Origin: Candidatus Lustribacter sp.
Lineage (GTDB): Bacteria > Vulcanimicrobiota > Vulcanimicrobiia > Vulcanimicrobiales > Vulcanimicrobiaceae
Assembly: GCA_965277805.1 (NCBI GenBank)
Contig: OZ255842.1
Span: forward strand, 320,001-384,000
Reading direction: 5' to 3'
DNA: 64,000 nt
Shown in pieces: positions 48,358 through 58,046 of this stretch (its first letter is position 1; each line of letters begins with the position of its first letter). The position numbers and the translations under genes were made by a program. The notes beneath the pieces were generated by a model that made no database searches, was not told where the DNA came from, and worked only from the letters and a program-made list of their open reading frames with translations.

Positions 48358-48360
48358 GCG

Positions 48361-48798
48361 ATGCTCGTGCTGGCAGCGGTCGCTGTCAACGCGTTTCTGA
48401 GCGCGTTCGGCGGCACGTGGGCGTGCACGCCGCATTTGCCGGGCGCCGTCTCCGCACCGGTGTCGACGTGGACGATCGCAGCCGAGCCGAAGAGTTCGTG
48501 GGTCGTCGTGCGCTGGTCGACGCGCGGCGAGCACGGCACGGCATTCGTTGGTTACATCGTACCCGAATCGCAGTGGATTTATGAAGATTTCCACAGCGAC
48601 GGCAGCTTTTCGTCTAACACGACGCCCGGGCCGCAGAACGGCGTGTGGACGTGGAGCGGTACGTTTACCTCACCGCAGCGCGAGCAGCACGGCGCGATTC
48701 AGTGGCGCCGGACCAACGGCGGTTTCCGTCAGGGTTTCGGCCGTCTGCTCGGCACGTCGTTTCGCGAATCCGCCTATTCGGAGTGCGAGGCCAGGTAG
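48361..48798 (+). CDS. Hypothetical secreted beta-rich protein
   Basis: Signal-like N-terminus, GTWAC motif, terminal Cys. Confidence 0.6.
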   Translation: MLVLAAVAVNAFLSAFGGTWACTPHLPGAVSAPVSTWTIAAEPKSSWVVVRWSTRGEHGTAFVGYIVPESQWIYEDFHSDGSFSSNTTPGPQNGVWTWSGTFTSPQREQHGAIQWRRTNGGFRQGFGRLLGTSFRESAYSECEAR

Positions 48799-49772
48799 TC
48801 GTCCATCAAGTCGTCGAGGAAGAAGCGGTCGTAGGACGTCATCGATTGGCCCTGCGGAATGCCGCCGACGAAATGAAACAGGTTGGCATCTTCATCGACC
48901 CAGTCGTCGCCACGGCCGAACGCTTTGTGAAAGCGAATGCCGTTCGGGCTGCCGTGCATGAGCGTGCGCGCTCGAAGCTGCGTGCCGTCGCCGGCGAACT
49001 TGCGCGTTTCCATGTCGAACGGCCACTCCGGCAGCTCGGCCCACATGCGCTCGTGGTTCGGCCAGAAATCCGCTTCTGATACGAGCAGCGCGGTATGGCA
49101 ATCGGAGAAAACGCCGCGGCCGCTCGCGCGCAGGCCCGGTTCGGCCGCTGATTTGAAGACCAGCCGTCCGGCCGTTGCGAGCGGAAGCACGAGCGTGTCG
49201 CCGGCGATCTCCGCCGAACGCAGCGGCGTTAGGCCGCAGTAGCGGGCGAAGAAGTCCGCCGTCCGCTGCAGGTCGCGGCTCGCGTAAGTGATGTGGCTGA
49301 TGCGTCCGACGCGGTGTTTGGACGCATGGTCCATCGCGCCGTCCGGAATGCTTTGCGGCGCCCAGAATTCGAACTGATTGCCGTCGGGATCGAGCCAGTA
49401 GATCGCCGTGCCGTTCTCGCCGTCGGCCGCGGTTCGCACGGGTTCCGAGCGGGTCACGCCGTTCGCATCGAGACGCTGCAGATGCGAGCCGATGTCCTCG
49501 GGACGGATGAAGAGCGCATGCCGCGGATAGCCTTGGCCGGGCGGCTGCGCCGGCGGCAGCGGCTCGCGCATCACGAACAAGCCATGATGGCAGTGTCCGC
49601 CGCGCAGCTTCAGCTCCGGATGCGAAAACGCTTGAAACACGCCGCGTTCGCGTGGCAAGCCGGAGTCGGGGATCGTTTCGGCGCCGAGCACCCGTTCGTG
49701 AAAATCGATCGAACGCGCGAGATCATTTGTCGGAATGGTGTAATGATCGATCCAGTAGATCGTGCCCGCCAT
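48774..49772 (-). CDS. VOC-family (glyoxalase/extradiol dioxygenase fold) protein
   Basis: IDHYTI...DL..S..F, YWLDPDGNQFEF, ISHIT. Confidence 0.75.
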   Translation of the reverse strand: MAGTIYWIDHYTIPTNDLARSIDFHERVLGAETIPDSGLPRERGVFQAFSHPELKLRGGHCHHGLFVMREPLPPAQPPGQGYPRHALFIRPEDIGSHLQRLDANGVTRSEPVRTAADGENGTAIYWLDPDGNQFEFWAPQSIPDGAMDHASKHRVGRISHITYASRDLQRTADFFARYCGLTPLRSAEIAGDTLVLPLATAGRLVFKSAAEPGLRASGRGVFSDCHTALLVSEADFWPNHERMWAELPEWPFDMETRKFAGDGTQLRARTLMHGSPNGIRFHKAFGRGDDWVDEDANLFHFVGGIPQGQSMTSYDRFFLDDLMDDYLASHSE

Positions 49773-49827
49773 AGGCTTCAGCCTTAGCACGGAAGAATGT
49801 TTTACCCCTTCCGCACGGAGGCACCGC

Positions 49828-51024
49828 ATGGACGTCGTCGACGGCCGAACGCAAGTCACTAACGGGGATCTTTATTCCACCAAGCCCGGAACGCTGGCGG
49901 GCCGGTATTTGCGGCGTTTTTGGCAGCCTCTGGGCCGTTCGCAAGACGTGCACGTTGGCCGAGCGTATACGATGAAGATCATGTCCGAACTCCTCACCGT
50001 CTATCGCGGTGAGAACGGACGCGTACACGTCGTGCAATCGCACTGCCCGCATCGTGCGACGCTGCTCTCGACCGGCTGGGTCGAAGGTGACGCACTGCGC
50101 TGCCACTATCACGGCTGGAAGTATGACGAGACCGGACAGTGCGTCGAGCAGCCGGGCGAGGACGCGGGCTTTGCCGCGAAGATCTGCCTGCGCACGTATC
50201 CCGCGCAAGACTACCTCGGCCTCGTGTTTGTGTATTTGGGTGAAGGCGAGGCGCCGCCGATTCGTCGCTTCTCGGATTTCGAGGCGCCGGGCGTGGTCGA
50301 AGTACCGGCGTTGATCGAGTACTGGCCGTGCAATCTCTTCAACCGGATCGACAACGCCGGCGATCCGGGCCACATCGCATACACGCACAAAGAGTCGCTG
50401 CGCCGGAACACCGGCTTCAAACTTTCGCCGCCCAACTGCTCGGTCGAAGAGACGGAGTACGGTACGCGAGCGTTTGAAAAACTCCCCGACGGCACGACGA
50501 TCTACCCGTCGCACTTCCACATGCCGAACATCAACCAAGTCGGTGCGCGGGCGCAGTTCAAGAGCGCGAGCGGCGAGATGAAGTTCGTTACCGGCGAGCG
50601 TCTGTTTTTTCGCGTGCCGGTCGATGACGAACATTCGGTGAGTTATACGGTCGAGTATTTTCCGCTCGAACCCGACGATGCGTCGGCCTATCTCGCCACG
50701 CGGCCGGACCGTCAGGATCAGCGCCTGCCGGAGCTGCGCGCGCATAGCGAAGCCATCTTGCGCAACGAAACGACGGTCGAAGACGCCGACCCCACGTTCA
50801 CCACCCAGCAGATGTTCTGGATCGAAGATTATATGGTGCAGGTCGGACAGCTACCGATCTCCGACGATCGCGAAGAGCACTTGGGCCGCACCGACATGGG
50901 CATCATTCTCATCCGGAAGTTGTGGCGGCGCGAGCTGCAAGCGCTGGCCGATGGCCGCCCACTACAGAATTGGACCGCACCGGCGGGCCTGAATGCACTC
51001 GGTTTGACGGGAGGTACGAAATGA
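49828..51024 (+). CDS. Rieske non-heme iron oxygenase alpha subunit (phthalate 4,5-dioxygenase-like)
   Basis: CPH...CHYHGW Rieske motif; DPGHIAYTH iron site; EHLGRTD C-terminus; SD GGAGG. Confidence 0.88.
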   Translation: MDVVDGRTQVTNGDLYSTKPGTLAGRYLRRFWQPLGRSQDVHVGRAYTMKIMSELLTVYRGENGRVHVVQSHCPHRATLLSTGWVEGDALRCHYHGWKYDETGQCVEQPGEDAGFAAKICLRTYPAQDYLGLVFVYLGEGEAPPIRRFSDFEAPGVVEVPALIEYWPCNLFNRIDNAGDPGHIAYTHKESLRRNTGFKLSPPNCSVEETEYGTRAFEKLPDGTTIYPSHFHMPNINQVGARAQFKSASGEMKFVTGERLFFRVPVDDEHSVSYTVEYFPLEPDDASAYLATRPDRQDQRLPELRAHSEAILRNETTVEDADPTFTTQQMFWIEDYMVQVGQLPISDDREEHLGRTDMGIILIRKLWRRELQALADGRPLQNWTAPAGLNALGLTGGTK

Positions 51025-52196
51025 CAATTCGCCGCGCTGCGGTTGCGGTTTTCCTGGCGGTGCTGCTCACGGCCGCGTCGCCGTTTGCGCGCGCCGCGGA
51101 CCCGGTCGAGATCAACGTGCTCGTCGGCACCACCGGATATACCGCATTCGTCGGCCAGGAGCAGTTGCAGGCGCTCAAGGCGCTGCAAAGCTACGTCAAC
51201 GCGACCGGCGGCATTCGCGGCCGGCCCTTGTCGTTCGTCGTTGCCGATGACCAAAGCAATCCGAAGGTCTCCGTGCAACTCGCGCAAGGTCTCATTGCCA
51301 AACACGTGCCGTTGATTCTCGGCCCGTCGGGACCGGATGCGTGCGCGGCGATTTCGCCGCTGGTCGTACAGAACGGACCGGTGCTCTATTGCCTTTCACC
51401 CACGGCGCAGGCACAGGCCGGCGGCTACGTGTTCCTCACGCAGCTTTCCGGCGAGTCGGGAATGGCCGTCAACGTGCGCTACCTGCGCGAACGGGGCTTG
51501 CGTAAGATCGCGTTCGTGGCCTCCACCGATGCGACCGGGCAAGATGCGGAGCGCGCGCTGAACGCCGTGCTTGCGCGCCCGGAGAACGCGACGGTGCAGG
51601 TCGTCACCCGGCAGCACTTCGCACCGGCCGATCTCAGCATCGCGGCGCAAATGGCTGCGCTCAAAGCGGCAAGTCCCGATGCGCTGATCGCGTGGTCCGC
51701 GGGAACGCCGGCGGGAACGCTCTTCCGCAGCCTGCACGATAGCGGCATCGACCTCCCGACGGTGACGTCGGCCGCGAACCTCAACCCGCTCTTCTTCAAG
51801 CAGTACGGTCAGTTCGCACCGCGGGACCTGTACTTCAACGCGGTGCCGTATTATGGCGGTAAGATCGTGACGAACGCACCGACAAAAAATGCACTCGCAA
51901 CGCTGACGCGCGAGCTCGCGAAATCCGGTGCGAAGCCCGATCAGATCGAAATCAGCGCGTGGGATCCGGCAATGATCGTCGTCGATGCGTTGCGCAAACT
52001 CGGCCCGGATGCGACGGCGGCGCAGCTGCACGCGTATCTGTCGGGCTTGAACGGTTACGCGGGGGTCAACGGGCCTTATGATTTCAACCGTTTCCCGCAA
52101 CGCGGGCTCGGTGAAAACTCCGCGCTCGTGGTGCGCTGGGATACGGGGCGCGGCGAAGCTGCTGCAGTCAGCCGCTTCGGCGGCGAGCCGCTTTAG
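51021..52196 (+). CDS. LivK-type ABC substrate-binding protein
   Basis: Signal peptide; NATGGIRGRP..DDQSNP. Confidence 0.85.
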   Translation: MTIRRAAVAVFLAVLLTAASPFARAADPVEINVLVGTTGYTAFVGQEQLQALKALQSYVNATGGIRGRPLSFVVADDQSNPKVSVQLAQGLIAKHVPLILGPSGPDACAAISPLVVQNGPVLYCLSPTAQAQAGGYVFLTQLSGESGMAVNVRYLRERGLRKIAFVASTDATGQDAERALNAVLARPENATVQVVTRQHFAPADLSIAAQMAALKAASPDALIAWSAGTPAGTLFRSLHDSGIDLPTVTSAANLNPLFFKQYGQFAPRDLYFNAVPYYGGKIVTNAPTKNALATLTRELAKSGAKPDQIEISAWDPAMIVVDALRKLGPDATAAQLHAYLSGLNGYAGVNGPYDFNRFPQRGLGENSALVVRWDTGRGEAAAVSRFGGEPL

Positions 52197-52204
52197 GTTC
52201 GATC

Positions 52205-53422
52205 GTGGAGCATTCCATTCGCCTAGGCATTGCCGGGGCCGGTATCGCCGCGCTGCAAATCGTCGGCAATCTCAACGAGCTCGCGGGCAAAATCGTCATC
52301 ACGGCCGTGGCGGACATCCGTCGCGACAATGCGGAGTATTTTGCCGCAGCGGTCAAGCGTGATTTGACCATTTTCGAAGACGTCGGCGAGATGTGCGCCA
52401 GCGGTACGGTTGACGCCATCTGGATCGCAACGCCGAACGTTCTGCATGCCGAGCACGCGATCGCGGCCGCCGAGAACCACGTCCACATGATCTGCGAGAA
52501 ACCGATGGCGGTGACGCTCGAGCAGTGCCGGGCGATGGTCGAAGCCGTCGAGCGCAACGGCGTGAAGTACGTTCAGGGCCACTCGAAGGTGTACGATGCA
52601 CCGGTTCAGGCGATGGCGGCCATCGTGCGCAGCGGCCAGCTTGGGCGGCTGACGTCAATTCAAACGTGGAACTATAACGACTGGATGATTCGTGCCGTCA
52701 TGCCGTGGGAAGTCGATACGGACCAGCACGGTACGGGCGTGATCTTCCGGCAGGGGCCGCATCAGACGGACATCGTCCGCTACATCGGTGGCGGCAAAGT
52801 GCGCAGCGTGCGTGCCATTGCCGGGCGGTTCGAGCCGAATTTCCCCGATTGTGAAAGCACCTACACCGCGCTGCTTGATTTCGAGAACGGTGCCGCCGCG
52901 ACGATGGTCTTCGACGGGAACGGCTATTGGGATGTGTGCGAACTGACGTGGGAAACCGGCGAGGCCGGCCTGGTGGCGAAAAACACCGGCTCGGCCTTAC
53001 CGCGGCATCGGCCCGACGGGCCGGTGACGGCGGATGAGAAGTTCGCGCTGGTTCGGGGCGGTAATCCCTACGGATATGGCGAGGGCAGCGGCTGGCGCGG
53101 AGACGCACCGCCGCGCAATCCGTTCTTTGGATTGACCGTGGTGAGTTGCGAACACGGCGTGGTTCGGCAGTCGGTCGATGGGATCTACGTCTACGATCGA
53201 AACGGGCGGCGCGAGATTCCGGTGCTGCCGAACAAAGGCCGGACTGCCGAGCTGACCGATCTATATGAGGCGGTCGTGCACGATCGCCCGACGATGCTCG
53301 ACGTGCGTTGGGGAATGGCAACTTCGGAGGTGTGCATGGCGATCTTGCAATCGTCGCGTGAGCGGCGTGAGATACTGTTGCAGCATCAAACGGAAGTGCG
53401 GGTTCCAACCCATGCCGGCTAA
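52205..53422 (+). CDS. Gfo/Idh/MocA oxidoreductase (phthalate cis-dihydrodiol dehydrogenase-like)
   Basis: GIAGAG, IATP..H, EKPMA, QGPHQTDIVR. Confidence 0.85.
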   Translation: MEHSIRLGIAGAGIAALQIVGNLNELAGKIVITAVADIRRDNAEYFAAAVKRDLTIFEDVGEMCASGTVDAIWIATPNVLHAEHAIAAAENHVHMICEKPMAVTLEQCRAMVEAVERNGVKYVQGHSKVYDAPVQAMAAIVRSGQLGRLTSIQTWNYNDWMIRAVMPWEVDTDQHGTGVIFRQGPHQTDIVRYIGGGKVRSVRAIAGRFEPNFPDCESTYTALLDFENGAAATMVFDGNGYWDVCELTWETGEAGLVAKNTGSALPRHRPDGPVTADEKFALVRGGNPYGYGEGSGWRGDAPPRNPFFGLTVVSCEHGVVRQSVDGIYVYDRNGRREIPVLPNKGRTAELTDLYEAVVHDRPTMLDVRWGMATSEVCMAILQSSRERREILLQHQTEVRVPTHAG

Positions 53423-54590
53423 ACACATCGCGCGTATCGCCGCGCTCGTTCTCGTACTCGCACTCGCGCCGCTATCGTCGCCCGGCGCCGACGCGCCGCC
53501 GATCGAGATCGACGCGATGATTTCGATGACCGGACCGGCCGCGTTTTTTGGCACGACCTACGCGAAGTCACTCAGCGTGCTCGAAGAAACGACGAACGCG
53601 AGCGGCGGCATCGCGGGGCGCCGCGTGCACTTCAACATTCTCGACGACGCCTCGAATCCGCAAACTGCCGTACAGCTCACGAACGACCTGATCGCACGCA
53701 AGCGCCCGGCGGTGCTCGGACCGATCCTGACGGTGACGTGCCAAGCGATGGCGCCGCTCGTGGAGCGCAATGGGCCGGTAAGCTATTGCGGTTCGCCGCT
53801 CATCGCGCCCGCACCCGGCAGCTACGTCTTCGGAGCGAGCTCGACGGGCGATGACATGATGGCCGTCGTCTTGCGGTTTTTCCGCTTGCGCGGAATGACG
53901 CGCATCGCCGTTCTCCAAACCCCCGATGCAACGGGCCAAGCCATCGACAAATCGCTCGACGTCGCGTTCGCGTTGCCCGAAAACAAATCCATGACGATGG
54001 TCGGGCGCGAATACTATGCGCCCGCCGACGTCAGCGTCACGGCACAGCTCGCTAAACTCAAAGCGCTGCACCCCGACGCCCTGATTTCGTGGGCCGTCGG
54101 TTCGCCCTACGGCACGGTCCTCCACGGTATGAACGACACGGGCCTGGACATTCCGGTCGTCACCGGCGCCGGCAACGAAACGATCGGCCAAATGACGCAA
54201 TACGCTGCGTTCTTGCCCAAGCACGTCTACTTCAGCGGCGGACTCGGGACGGCGCTTGGCGCAGACGTTCCACGCGCCGTCGCTGCCGCGCAAGCAACCT
54301 ATGCGAAGGCATTTACCGCCGCCGGCCTCACCGCAGACGGAAGCTACGCCGGCATGTGGGACCTCGCCCTCGTGTACCTCGAGGCCTACAAGCACTACAA
54401 CGGCACGCCGACTGCCGCGAACGTCCGCGATTACCTCGAACAAATGCGCAACTTCGGCGGCGTCAACGGCACGTACGACTTCCGCGCCAACCCGCAGCGC
54501 GGCCTCGGTCAGAACGCCGACATCATCACGACGTGGGACGCGCAAAAGAAAGCGTTCGTCGCCGCCGGTAAGCCCGGCGGCTATCGATAG
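53412..54590 (+). CDS. LivK-type ABC substrate-binding protein (paralog of 51021)
   Basis: Signal peptide; NASGGIAGR..DDASNP; GVNGTYDF..PQRGL. Confidence 0.85.
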   Translation: MPAKHIARIAALVLVLALAPLSSPGADAPPIEIDAMISMTGPAAFFGTTYAKSLSVLEETTNASGGIAGRRVHFNILDDASNPQTAVQLTNDLIARKRPAVLGPILTVTCQAMAPLVERNGPVSYCGSPLIAPAPGSYVFGASSTGDDMMAVVLRFFRLRGMTRIAVLQTPDATGQAIDKSLDVAFALPENKSMTMVGREYYAPADVSVTAQLAKLKALHPDALISWAVGSPYGTVLHGMNDTGLDIPVVTGAGNETIGQMTQYAAFLPKHVYFSGGLGTALGADVPRAVAAAQATYAKAFTAAGLTADGSYAGMWDLALVYLEAYKHYNGTPTAANVRDYLEQMRNFGGVNGTYDFRANPQRGLGQNADIITTWDAQKKAFVAAGKPGGYR

Positions 54591-54611
54591 CCCGGGCTCT
54601 GCGTCAAGGGT

Positions 54612-55340
54612 TTAATGGCGAGCATCGTGTCCGCCGAGATAGATTGCTTGCACGCGCGGGTCGGCGGCGAGCTCTGCGGCCCGGCCCGTGAGCGAGACCT
54701 CCCCGTGCTCGAGGATGTACGCGCGGTCGGCGAAGCGCAGCGTGAGATGGGCATTCTGCTCGACCAGCAAGATCGAGGTGCCTTCGGCGCGCAGCGATGC
54801 GATGATCGCAAAAATGCTTTCAACCACTCGCGGGGCGAGGCCGGTCGACGGTTCGTCGAGCATCAGCAGCGACGGTTTGGCGACGAGTGCGCGGCCGATT
54901 GCCAGCATCTGCTGTTCGCCGCCCGAAAGTGCAAATGCGATCGAGCGCCGGCGGGCCGTGAGCGCGGGAAAACGTTCGTAAACCTCGGTCACCGCGAGAT
55001 CGACCTCCGCCTTCGTTCGTAAGAATCCACCCAGCCGCAGGTTGTCGTCGACGGTTAGTTCGGTGAACAGCCGCCGTCCTTCCGGCACGTGCAACAGTCC
55101 GAGTTTGACGATCGCTTCGGTCGAGAGCGCAGTAATATCCCGTCCGTCGAAAACGACGCTGCCATTCAGCGTGCGAGCTTCGCTGCGCGAGATCGCGCGC
55201 AGTAGCGTCGTTTTGCCGGCACCGTTTGCGCCGAGGACGGCCACGAACTCGCCCGCAGCCACTTCGAGTGAAACCCCCCGCAGGATCTGCAGCCGGCCAT
55301 AGCCCGCGTCGAGTTCGCGGACGATGAGGCGTTCGGTCAC
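54612..55340 (-). CDS. livF: Branched-chain-type ABC ATPase
   Basis: GANGAGKTT, VPEGRR, LSGGEQQMLAIGRAL. Confidence 0.88.
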   Translation of the reverse strand: MTERLIVRELDAGYGRLQILRGVSLEVAAGEFVAVLGANGAGKTTLLRAISRSEARTLNGSVVFDGRDITALSTEAIVKLGLLHVPEGRRLFTELTVDDNLRLGGFLRTKAEVDLAVTEVYERFPALTARRRSIAFALSGGEQQMLAIGRALVAKPSLLMLDEPSTGLAPRVVESIFAIIASLRAEGTSILLVEQNAHLTLRFADRAYILEHGEVSLTGRAAELAADPRVQAIYLGGHDARH

Positions 55341-57070
55341 GCGCTCGCACCGAGGTACGCTGCGATGACGAGCGGATCGGCTTGCACGTCGCGCGGCGAC
55401 CCATCGGCGATCACCGAGCCGAACTCCAGGACGACGACGCGGTCGCTGACCTCCATCACGAGCTGCATGTCGTGCTCGATGAGCAGCACGGTGATCCCGT
55501 CGCGTCGCAGTGAGCCGATGTCTTCACGCAGGCGTCGGCGTTCCTGCGCGTTCAACCCGGCGGCCGGCTCATCGAGCAACAGCAAATCGGGCCGCCCCGC
55601 TGCGGCCCGCGCCAACTCAACGCGCCGGCGATCGCCAAAAGCAAGATCGCGAGCCGCGGTCTCGCCGAGCGGTGCAATACCGAAGCGCGTCAGCGCCATT
55701 CTTGGATCGACGGTCCGGTCACGCGTCGCGAAGGCGCTCGTTGCAACGTTTTCGGCTACGGTCATGTCGCCGAACAGCCGCGCGCCCTGAAACGAGCGGG
55801 CTACGCCCAGCCGTGCGATGCGGTGCGGTTCCCACGCGGTGACGTCGTGCCCGGCAATGAGGATCGTGCCCGCGTCGGCGTGGATAACGCCGTCGATCGC
55901 GTTGAACAGGGTCGTCTTTCCCGCGCCGTTCGGGCCGATCAGCGCTGTTACCGTTCCGTTCTGCAGCGTGAGCGAAACATTGTCAACCGCGACCAGGCCT
56001 CCGAAGCGTTTGGAGACTCCGCGCACCTCGAGCCAGGGAGTCGAAGCCGGCGCTTTAACCGGTGTGGCCACTTCCGTTGCTGCGGGCGCACCGGCTGCGG
56101 CCGCGGCGGGCTTGGCGCCGCGCCGGTGCCAGAGCAGCCCGACGAGACCATGTGGAAGAAAAATCGCGACGCAAATGACGGCGACGCCGTACGTGATCGG
56201 GCGAAGATTCTCGTACGAGTGCCCATAGAGATTCGTGAACGCGATGACGGTCGCGCCGAGGATTGCACCCGAGACGGTACCGGCTCCGCCGAGGATGACC
56301 ATCAAGAGAATGTCGATGGACACGGTCACGCCCACGGCATCGGGAACGACGAGCCCGAGAAATGATGCATAGAACGTGCCTGCGAGGCCGGCGAGAGCTC
56401 CGGCATATGCGAATACGCCGACGGTATACCGGCGCACGGGAATGCCGGCGACTTCCGCAGCGAGCGGGTCGTTTCGAATCGCTTCCAACGCGCGCCCGAT
56501 GCGCCCGCGTAGTATCGCCGTGGTAACGATGGCGGCAACCGCGACCAGCGACCACGCGTACCAGTAGGCGTTCGGACCGTTCAAGGTAATCGATCCGAAC
56601 ACCGGGTAGGGGACGTTCGTAATACCGCTTACGCCACCGAATGCCGGTACGTACCGCAAGAGCCCGATGACGATCGCATCGAATGCCAGCGTCGCCATCG
56701 CCAAATAGGGTCCCGAGAACCGAAGCGCGATGATGCCGAGCGCGAGACCGAGTACGCCCGCAATGACGGTGCCGAGCACGCTCGCGCAGAGAAATTGCGT
56801 GCCCGGCGAGATACCGGCCGGCCACGTGACCGACGCCGTCAGATACGCAACCGCATAGGCGCCGATTGCGAAGAAGCCCGCTTGTCCGATCGAGATCAGG
56901 TTCGCGTTGCCGAGGAGCAGCGAGAGCCCGATGGCAACCACCGCATAAAGTGCTCCATAGGTTGCGGCTTGAATGAGGGGCGTGTCGTGAGCGCCGGCGA
57001 TTCCGAAGACGACGACCAGCGCAGCGAAGACGCACTGGAGCCGCAGGTCGACGCGCAGACGCGCTTTCAA
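55337..57070 (-). CDS. Fused LivM permease / LivG ATPase
   Basis: TM domain with YLAMATLAF, then GPNGAGKTT and LLDEPAAG. Confidence 0.88.
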   Translation of the reverse strand: MKARLRVDLRLQCVFAALVVVFGIAGAHDTPLIQAATYGALYAVVAIGLSLLLGNANLISIGQAGFFAIGAYAVAYLTASVTWPAGISPGTQFLCASVLGTVIAGVLGLALGIIALRFSGPYLAMATLAFDAIVIGLLRYVPAFGGVSGITNVPYPVFGSITLNGPNAYWYAWSLVAVAAIVTTAILRGRIGRALEAIRNDPLAAEVAGIPVRRYTVGVFAYAGALAGLAGTFYASFLGLVVPDAVGVTVSIDILLMVILGGAGTVSGAILGATVIAFTNLYGHSYENLRPITYGVAVICVAIFLPHGLVGLLWHRRGAKPAAAAAGAPAATEVATPVKAPASTPWLEVRGVSKRFGGLVAVDNVSLTLQNGTVTALIGPNGAGKTTLFNAIDGVIHADAGTILIAGHDVTAWEPHRIARLGVARSFQGARLFGDMTVAENVATSAFATRDRTVDPRMALTRFGIAPLGETAARDLAFGDRRRVELARAAAGRPDLLLLDEPAAGLNAQERRRLREDIGSLRRDGITVLLIEHDMQLVMEVSDRVVVLEFGSVIADGSPRDVQADPLVIAAYLGASA

Positions 57071-57933
57071 TCGCGGACGATCCGGCGTCCGCCGAAGAGA
57101 CCCTGCGGCCGCAGCAGAAGCACCACGAGCAGTATCGCGTAGACCAGCGGGTCGACGAGGTCGTGCGCGAATCGCGAGCCGAGCAGCGTTTCGAACAAGC
57201 CCACTAGTAGCCCACCTGCCGTGCAGCCGATCGGCGATGCCAGTCCGCCGAGAATTGCGCCGACAAAGCCCTTCACCGTTATCGTTATGCCGTTCGATCC
57301 CCCGACGAGGGTGATCGGACCGACGATGGTGCCCGCGAAGGTTGCCAGCGCGATCGAAATCGCGGCGCTCACGCTGCGGGCCCGGTCGACGTTGATTCCG
57401 GCGAGTCGCGCGCCCACGGGGTCGTTGGCCGCGGCGCGGATCGCCTTCCCATAGACGGTGCGTTCGAAGAAGACGTAGAGCAGCGCCAGCATGATTGCCA
57501 GCAATGCGATGACCCAGATGCTTTGTACGGCGATCGTCGCGCCGCCGAGCTGCACTTGTTGCGCGGTGCTGAACGTCGGTAAGGGCTGCGGCTCGTTACC
57601 CCAGATCAACGCGTGTCCGTACAACAAAACGTAGACCGTTCCGATGGACGCGATCATTACGGCGCCCTCACTCACGCGTGCCGCGGCACGCAGGATGAAG
57701 CGCTCGTAGAGCCCGCCGAGAGCGAACCCGAGCACGGTCGATCCCAGGAGCGCTACCCAAACGTTGACGTGAAGCTGCGTGACGAACGAGAGGGCAAAGA
57801 GGCCGCCCAGAACGACAAAATCGCCCTGGGCAAAATTGATTGCCCGGGTGGCACGCAAAATGATGTGAATGCCCAGCGCAACGAGAGCATAGGTGCTCCC
57901 GACAGTAAGGCCGGCAACCAGGAGCTGTATCAA
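57067..57933 (-). CDS. livH: Branched-chain-type ABC permease
   Basis: YALVALG, INFAQGD, RPQGLFG. Confidence 0.88.
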   Translation of the reverse strand: MIQLLVAGLTVGSTYALVALGIHIILRATRAINFAQGDFVVLGGLFALSFVTQLHVNVWVALLGSTVLGFALGGLYERFILRAAARVSEGAVMIASIGTVYVLLYGHALIWGNEPQPLPTFSTAQQVQLGGATIAVQSIWVIALLAIMLALLYVFFERTVYGKAIRAAANDPVGARLAGINVDRARSVSAAISIALATFAGTIVGPITLVGGSNGITITVKGFVGAILGGLASPIGCTAGGLLVGLFETLLGSRFAHDLVDPLVYAILLVVLLLRPQGLFGGRRIVRD

Positions 57934-57942
57934 GGACCTTGA
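57930..57942. promoter_or_regulatory. Palindrome TCAAGG-A-CCTTGA overlapping the livH start
   Basis: Perfect 6-1-6 IR; near-identical copy at 61372-61386. Confidence 0.6.
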
Positions 57943-58046
57943 CTCGCCCGGTTCATCGGCGGTATCTCCAGTTTGGCGCCGAATGTTTCCTGCGCCGTTG
58001 TCATCGAAACAAGGGCTCGTCGAAGAAGCGCCGGAAGGCGCGCGTG